The notes under the pieces are model-generated. The model did not search any database. It was not told the origin of the DNA and was given only the letters and a program-made list of their open reading frames with translations. From contig JAQCIU010000046.1 in the NCBI GenBank assembly GCA_027593235.1, forward strand, positions 1 through 20,400: a DNA stretch of 20,400 bases, in the 5' to 3' direction. This DNA comes from Chloroflexota bacterium. GTDB taxonomy: Bacteria > Chloroflexota > Dehalococcoidia > UBA2979. Of this stretch, positions 15,626 to 20,400 are shown piece by piece; the stretch's first letter is position 1; every line of letters starts with the position of its first letter. The translations under genes were made by a program, and so were the position numbers.

Positions 15626-16516
15626 TTATCGCCCGACCTGCGCCGCCCGCGCCTGCTCGCCGGCGTGGTAGGAGCTGCGGACCAGCGGGCCTGCCTCGAT
15701 GTGATCGAAGCCGAGGGCGAGGCCGTGTGCCTTCAGTTCGGCGTACTCGTCCGGGTGGACCCAGCGGTCCACCGGGAGGTGCTTCTCCGTTGGGCGGAGG
15801 TACTGCCCGATCGTGACGAGGTCGACGCCGGCGTCCCGCACGTCCTCGAGGCTCCGCTTCAGCTCATTGAGGCGTTCGCCGATGCCGACCATGAAGCCGG
15901 TCTTCACCGGGATGTCAGGGGCGAGGCGCTTCGATTCGCGGAAGAGCGCCAGCGTTCGCTGGTAGTCGCCCTTCGGGCGGACGCGCGGGTACATCCGAGG
16001 TACGGACTCCGTGTTGTGGTTGAGCACCACCGGGCGCGCTTCCAGCACCGTAGCGAGGGCATCCCAGTTGCCCTCGAAGTCGGGGATCAGCACCTCGACG
16101 TCGCACGAGGGCGTCCGGTAGCGCACGGCGCGGACGCAGGCAGCAAAGATGCTGGCGCCGCCGTCGGCGACGTCGTCGCGATTGACCGCGGTGATCACGG
16201 CGTAGTCGAGGCCCAGCGTTTCGACCGCCTGCGCGAGCCGGACCGGCTCGAGCGGGTCGATCGCTTCGGGGCGGCCGGAGTTGATGGCGCAGAAGCCGCA
16301 GGCGCGGGTGCAGGTGTCGCCGAGGATCATGAACGTCGCGGTGCCGGCGTTGTAGCACTCGCCGATGTTCGGGCAGCGCGCTTCCTGGCAGACGGTGTGG
16401 AGCTGGTTGACCGCCACCAACTCGCGGACCATCTCGAACCGCTCGCCGCCGGGGAACTTCGCCTTGAACCAGCTCGGCTTCCGCTCGAGCGGCGCGCGTT
16501 CTGTTTCGATCGTCAT
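15626..16516 (-). CDS. lipA: Lipoyl synthase
   Basis: CQEARCPNIGEC (CX4CX5C), CTRACGFC (radical SAM CX3CX2C), IGQYLRP and RSSY; ATGA overlap with the lipB stop. Confidence 0.98.
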   Translation of the reverse strand: MTIETERAPLERKPSWFKAKFPGGERFEMVRELVAVNQLHTVCQEARCPNIGECYNAGTATFMILGDTCTRACGFCAINSGRPEAIDPLEPVRLAQAVETLGLDYAVITAVNRDDVADGGASIFAACVRAVRYRTPSCDVEVLIPDFEGNWDALATVLEARPVVLNHNTESVPRMYPRVRPKGDYQRTLALFRESKRLAPDIPVKTGFMVGIGERLNELKRSLEDVRDAGVDLVTIGQYLRPTEKHLPVDRWVHPDEYAELKAHGLALGFDHIEAGPLVRSSYHAGEQARAAQVGR

Positions 16517-17259
16517 GCGAGCACCGCCTCGGCGACTGCGGTTCCGAGTGGGCTGCTATCGGCATCGACGAGGTGCGAGTCGAACCGCTGCTCGAAAACG
16601 ACGCGGTACGCGTCGACCACATCCTCGAAGCGAGGAGCGACCTCGAGCAGGCGCGCCATCGAGGTGACCTCGGCGTCGGCGATGCCGCAGGGGACGATCG
16701 CGTCGAACCAGGCGAGGTCGGTGTCGACGTTCAGCGCGAGGCCGTGGGTCGAGACGCCTCGGGAGACGCGCACGCCGACGGCGGCGACCTTGGCGCCGTC
16801 TATCCAGACGCCGGGGCGCCCTCGGACGCGCTCGCCGCGCAGGTCGAAGGCCTCGAGGACATCGATCGCGGTCTGCTCCAGCAGGCGCACGTAGTCGACG
16901 GGCCGGATGCCGCGCGCGTGAAGATCGAGGATTGGATAGACGACGAGCTGGCCGGGGCCGTGAAACGTCACGTCGCCACCTCGATCTGTCTCGATCACCG
17001 TTGCGTCACACGCGGCGAGCGCATCACGCGATACGAGGATGTTCGAGCCGTCCGCGCGGGCGCCGAGGGTGTAGACGGGTCGGTGCTGGATCAACGCCAG
17101 CACCTCGGAAACGGCGCCGTTACTGGCGGGGGCGCCTCGGGAATCGCGAATCGCCTCGGCGGTCGCGAGCTGCCAGTCGAGGGCGATTCGGTAGTCGACG
17201 GCGTCGGCACGGTGCAGTCGCACCGTGCGGGGTCCTGCTGACGCGGGGTTCACCGACAT
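16513..17259 (-). CDS. lipB: Lipoyl(octanoyl) transferase
   Basis: QHRPVYTLG, DRGGDVTFHGPGQLVVYPI, KVAAVG, HGLALNV and IVPCG motifs. Confidence 0.97.
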   Translation of the reverse strand: MSVNPASAGPRTVRLHRADAVDYRIALDWQLATAEAIRDSRGAPASNGAVSEVLALIQHRPVYTLGARADGSNILVSRDALAACDATVIETDRGGDVTFHGPGQLVVYPILDLHARGIRPVDYVRLLEQTAIDVLEAFDLRGERVRGRPGVWIDGAKVAAVGVRVSRGVSTHGLALNVDTDLAWFDAIVPCGIADAEVTSMARLLEVAPRFEDVVDAYRVVFEQRFDSHLVDADSSPLGTAVAEAVLA

Positions 17260-17268
17260 CGTGCCACG

Positions 17269-17274
17269 ATTCTA
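17269..17274 (-). promoter_or_regulatory. Candidate -10 element (TAGAAT) for a near-leaderless lipB transcript
   Basis: TAGAAT ends 9 nt before the lipB ATG, with no SD in between. Confidence 0.45.
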
Positions 17275-17341
17275 GCTCCACGCCGTTCACGCGGCCTGAG
17301 TAGTGTTACTACGAACGCGCAACCGCAGCCCTATCTTCAGA

Positions 17342-17358
17342 ATCAAACGATGTTTGGT
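17342..17358. promoter_or_regulatory. Putative operator, best shared-motif copy (ATCAAACGATGTTTGGT)
   Basis: Perfect CAAAC-N3-GTTTG core covering the expected -35 position of a candidate -10 TAGGCT (17374-17379) upstream of aceE. Confidence 0.55.
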
Positions 17359-17406
17359 AGACCTTCGATCGTCTAGGCTGGGATCGCAGGGACGGAGCAG
17401 GCAGAC

Positions 17407-20112
17407 GTGAGCACGGACGCTCGACCTTCCACCGATGGCGCACAGGCCGCTGACTGGATCGAGACCCAGGAGTGGGTCGACTCGCTCCGCGACGTGCTGC
17501 GCGCGGGCGGCCCGGCCCGCGTCAGCCGCTTGCTCCAACACCTCCAGATCGAAGCGCAGAAGACCGGCGTACCGCTTCCGGTCACGTCCCAGACGCCGTA
17601 CGTCAACACGATCCCGCTGGAGCACCAGCCCCCTTTTCCGGGCGACCGCGCGCTGGAACGCCGCATCAAGTCGATCATTCGCTGGAACGCGATGGCGATG
17701 GTTGTCGAGGCGAACCAGAAGTCCGAGGGCATCGGCGGCCACATCTCCACGTACGCCTCGGCGGCGACGCTGTACGAGGTGGGATTCAACCACTTCTTCC
17801 GCGGCCCCGAGGACCCGAGCGGTGGCGACCTGGTCTATTTCCAGGGACACGCGTCGCCGGGCATCTACGCGCGGGCCTATCTGGAAGGCCGGCTGAGTCC
17901 GCAGCGGCTGCACGAATTCCGTCGCGAGTTTGCCGAAGCCGGTGGACTGCCCTCGTATCCACACCCGTGGCTGATGCCGGACTTCTGGCAGTTCCCCACG
18001 GTGTCGATGGGCCTTGGGCCGATCATGGCGATCTACCAGGCCCGCTTCCTCCGCTACCTTGAACAGCGCGGGATGACGCCGGCCGGTGGGCGCAAGGTGT
18101 GGGCCTTCCTCGGCGACGGCGAGACGGACGAGCCGGAATCGCTGGGCGCGATCTCGCTGGCGTCGCGCGAGAACCTCGACAACCTGATCTTCGTCGTGAA
18201 CTGCAACCTGCAGCGGCTCGACGGGCCGGTCCGTGGCAACGGACAGATCATCCAGGAGCTGGAAGCCGTGTTCCGCGGCGTCGGCTGGAACGTGATCAAG
18301 GTCCTCTGGGGTAGCGAGTGGGACGACCTGCTGGCGAAGGATCCCGACGGCGTGCTGGTCCAGCGCATGGGCGAGGTCGTCGACGGCGAATACCAGAAGT
18401 ACACCGTGGCCGGCGGCGCCTACACGCGCGAGCACTTCTTCGGCGTCGACCCGCGCCTCGCGAAGCTCGTCTCCCACATGAGCGACGATGCGCTCTGGGG
18501 CATGCGCCTCGGTGGCCACGACGTGGAGAAGGTGTACGCCGCCTACCGCGCCGCCACCGAGCACCGAGGCTCGCCGACGGTGATCCTCGCGCGGACGATC
18601 AAGGGCTACGGCCTGGGCGAGGCCGGCGAGGGTCGCAACGTCACCCATCAACAGAAGAAGCTCAACGAGGACGAGCTGCTCCACTTCCGCGACCGCTTCG
18701 ACATCCCGCTGTCGGACGAGGAGGTGATCGGCGCTCCGCTCTTCCGCCCCGCGGCCGACAGCCCCGAGGCGCGCTACCTGCAGCAGCGACGGCGTCTGCT
18801 CGGCGGCCCCGTTCCCGCGCGCCGCACCACCCCCAGTCCGCTCGCGGCGCCCGACGAATCGCTCTTCGGCGAGTTCTTCGAGGGCAGCGGGGAGCGCGAG
18901 GCGTCGACGACGATGACCTTCGTGCGGATGCTCGCGTCGCTGCTGCGGCACAAGGAGCTGGGCAAGCGGATCGTGCCGATCATTCCCGACGAGGCGCGCA
19001 CCTTCGGTATGGAGGCGCTGTTCCGTGAGTTCGGCATCTATGCCTCGAAGGGTCAGCTCTACGAGCCCGTCGACTCCGGCAGCTTGCTGTTTTACAAGGA
19101 GAGCAGCGACGGCCAGATCCTCGAAGAGGGCCTGACCGAGGCGGGTTCGTTCAGTTCGTTCATCGCCGCCGGGACCTCGCTCGCGAACACCGGCGTCGCC
19201 ACGATCCCGTTCTTCATCTTCTACTCGATGTTTGGCCTGCAGCGCGTGGGTGATCTGGCCTGGGCGGCCGGCGACGCGCGCACACGCGGCTTCCTGATCG
19301 GCGCCACCGCCGGGCGCACCACGCTGAACGGCGAAGGCCTGCAGCACCAGGACGGCCACAGCCACGTGCTGTCATCGGTGATCCCGACGATGGTCTCCTA
19401 CGACCCGGCCTACGCCTTTGAGATCGCCGTGATCATCCGCGAGGGCATCCGGCGGATGCACGAGGAGAACGAAGACGTCGTCTTCTATCTCACCGTCGAG
19501 AACGAGAACTACCGTCAGCCCCCGATCCCGGATCGACCGAACGTCCGCGAGGACATCATCCGCGGCATGTACCTGTTTCGGACCGCCTCGGAGGCGGGCA
19601 TCGAGGTCGGGGACCAGCCGCGCGTGCAGCTCCTCGGGAGCGGCGCGATCCTCAACGAGGCGTTGCAGGCGCAGGAGCTGCTTGGCCGCGAGTACGGCGT
19701 GGCCGCCGACGTCTGGTCGGTCACCAGCTACACCGAGCTGCGGCGTGAAGCACTCGATGTCGAGCGCTGGAACCTGCTGCACCCCGGTGCGCCGGCACGA
19801 GTGCCGTTCGTCGCACAGCAACTCGGGCCGGATCCGATCCTCGTGGTCGGCGCGTCGGACTACCTGAAGGCGCTGCCGGATTCGATCGCAAAGTGGGTCA
19901 ACGCACCGCTGGTCGCCCTCGGAACCGACGGGTTCGGCCGCAGCGGGACCCGCGACGAGCTACGCGACTTCTTCGAGGTCGATGAGCGGCACATCACACT
20001 CGCAACGCTCTCCGCCCTCGCCCGCGAAGAGCAGATCCCGGTCAGCGTCGCCCAGCAGGCGATTGAGGATCTGCGGATCAATCCTGAGAAACCGAACCCG
20101 ACCACCGTCTAG
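17407..20112 (+). CDS. aceE: Pyruvate dehydrogenase E1, homodimeric type
   Basis: ETQEWVDSL, GGHISTYAS, QGHASPGIYARA, FPTVSMGLGP, GDGETDEPE, NCNLQRLDGP and GRTTLNGEGLQHQDGHS motifs. Confidence 0.98.
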   Translation: MSTDARPSTDGAQAADWIETQEWVDSLRDVLRAGGPARVSRLLQHLQIEAQKTGVPLPVTSQTPYVNTIPLEHQPPFPGDRALERRIKSIIRWNAMAMVVEANQKSEGIGGHISTYASAATLYEVGFNHFFRGPEDPSGGDLVYFQGHASPGIYARAYLEGRLSPQRLHEFRREFAEAGGLPSYPHPWLMPDFWQFPTVSMGLGPIMAIYQARFLRYLEQRGMTPAGGRKVWAFLGDGETDEPESLGAISLASRENLDNLIFVVNCNLQRLDGPVRGNGQIIQELEAVFRGVGWNVIKVLWGSEWDDLLAKDPDGVLVQRMGEVVDGEYQKYTVAGGAYTREHFFGVDPRLAKLVSHMSDDALWGMRLGGHDVEKVYAAYRAATEHRGSPTVILARTIKGYGLGEAGEGRNVTHQQKKLNEDELLHFRDRFDIPLSDEEVIGAPLFRPAADSPEARYLQQRRRLLGGPVPARRTTPSPLAAPDESLFGEFFEGSGEREASTTMTFVRMLASLLRHKELGKRIVPIIPDEARTFGMEALFREFGIYASKGQLYEPVDSGSLLFYKESSDGQILEEGLTEAGSFSSFIAAGTSLANTGVATIPFFIFYSMFGLQRVGDLAWAAGDARTRGFLIGATAGRTTLNGEGLQHQDGHSHVLSSVIPTMVSYDPAYAFEIAVIIREGIRRMHEENEDVVFYLTVENENYRQPPIPDRPNVREDIIRGMYLFRTASEAGIEVGDQPRVQLLGSGAILNEALQAQELLGREYGVAADVWSVTSYTELRREALDVERWNLLHPGAPARVPFVAQQLGPDPILVVGASDYLKALPDSIAKWVNAPLVALGTDGFGRSGTRDELRDFFEVDERHITLATLSALAREEQIPVSVAQQAIEDLRINPEKPNPTTV

Positions 20113-20132
20113 CTGCAGCCGAGGAACCCGAC

Positions 20133-20400
20133 ATGGTTGAATTCACGCTGCCCGATCTCGGCGAAGACATCGACGAGGCCGACGTCCTCAAGGTGCTGGT
20201 CTCCGAGGGCGACACCGTCACCCTCGAACAGGCGATCCTTGAGATCGAGACTGAGAAGGCAACGCTGGACGTGCCGTCCTCGGTGGCCGGTGTCGTGACC
20301 GCGATCCACGTCTCCGAGGGCGACACGATCAAACCCGGCCAGCTCATCATCAGCGTCGGTGAGTCGGCGGCCGCTCCCGCCGCCGCGCCAGCAACGCCAG
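20133..20400 (+). CDS. aceF: Dihydrolipoamide acetyltransferase E2, N-terminal lipoyl domain (partial, runs off the right edge)
   Basis: Not in the ORF track. GAGGAA SD, ATG 20133: MVEFTLPDLGEDIDEADVLKVLVSEGDTVTLEQAILEIETEKATLDVPSSVAGVV...AAAPAAAPATP. Confidence 0.92.
   Translation, partial: MVEFTLPDLGEDIDEADVLKVLVSEGDTVTLEQAILEIETEKATLDVPSSVAGVVTAIHVSEGDTIKPGQLIISVGESAAAPAAAPATP

Noticed and set aside
17344-17356. LexA box (GAAC-N4-GTTC) reading of the shared motif
   Set aside because: The spacer is 3 nt rather than 4 in the full copies, and the downstream genes are not SOS functions.
17300-17380. Nested inverted repeats upstream of aceE that could fold as a three-way-junction RNA or riboswitch
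   Set aside because: The stems are only 5-6 bp, match no riboswitch consensus I know, and lie mostly upstream of the candidate -10 at 17374; a DNA operator explains the central repeat better.
2578-19365. Long antisense or alternate-frame ORFs (2578..3711, 3585..4691, 5472..7253, 10784..12256, 15440..16894, 17287..19365 and others)
   Set aside because: These are expected from stop-codon scarcity at high GC3; each overlaps a gene with clear family motifs and has no recognisable motif of its own.

Overview
A high-GC (roughly 70% by eye), densely coding bacterial window. Gene content and protein style suggest Chloroflexota of the Dehalococcoidia/SAR202/Tepidiformales type, which is an inference only. 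From left to right it holds: the 5' part of a biotin-dependent carboxylase; an orphan DUF4231/SLATT-like 2TM gene; a divergent class I-beta DAHP synthase; a minus-strand operon of an alpha/beta-hydrolase-fold protein lacking the nucleophile Ser, a luciferase-like monooxygenase and a flavin-dependent halogenase with a C-terminal PqqD/winged-helix-like domain; a family III CoA-transferase divergent from a ThDP HACL/OXC-family lyase; an MFS transporter; a CoA-disulfide reductase-like flavoprotein; an accessory operon (48-aa sORF, CopD-like membrane protein, two paralogous membrane proteins flanking a TrmO/TsaA-like gene); and lipB-lipA divergent from aceE-aceF. The best leads are the halogenase fusion and its carrier-less operon, and an AT-rich CAAAC-N3-GTTTG-type motif recurring in four intergenic regions. 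No RNA genes, CRISPR arrays or transposases were recognised. All family calls come from motif recognition by eye; no searches were run.
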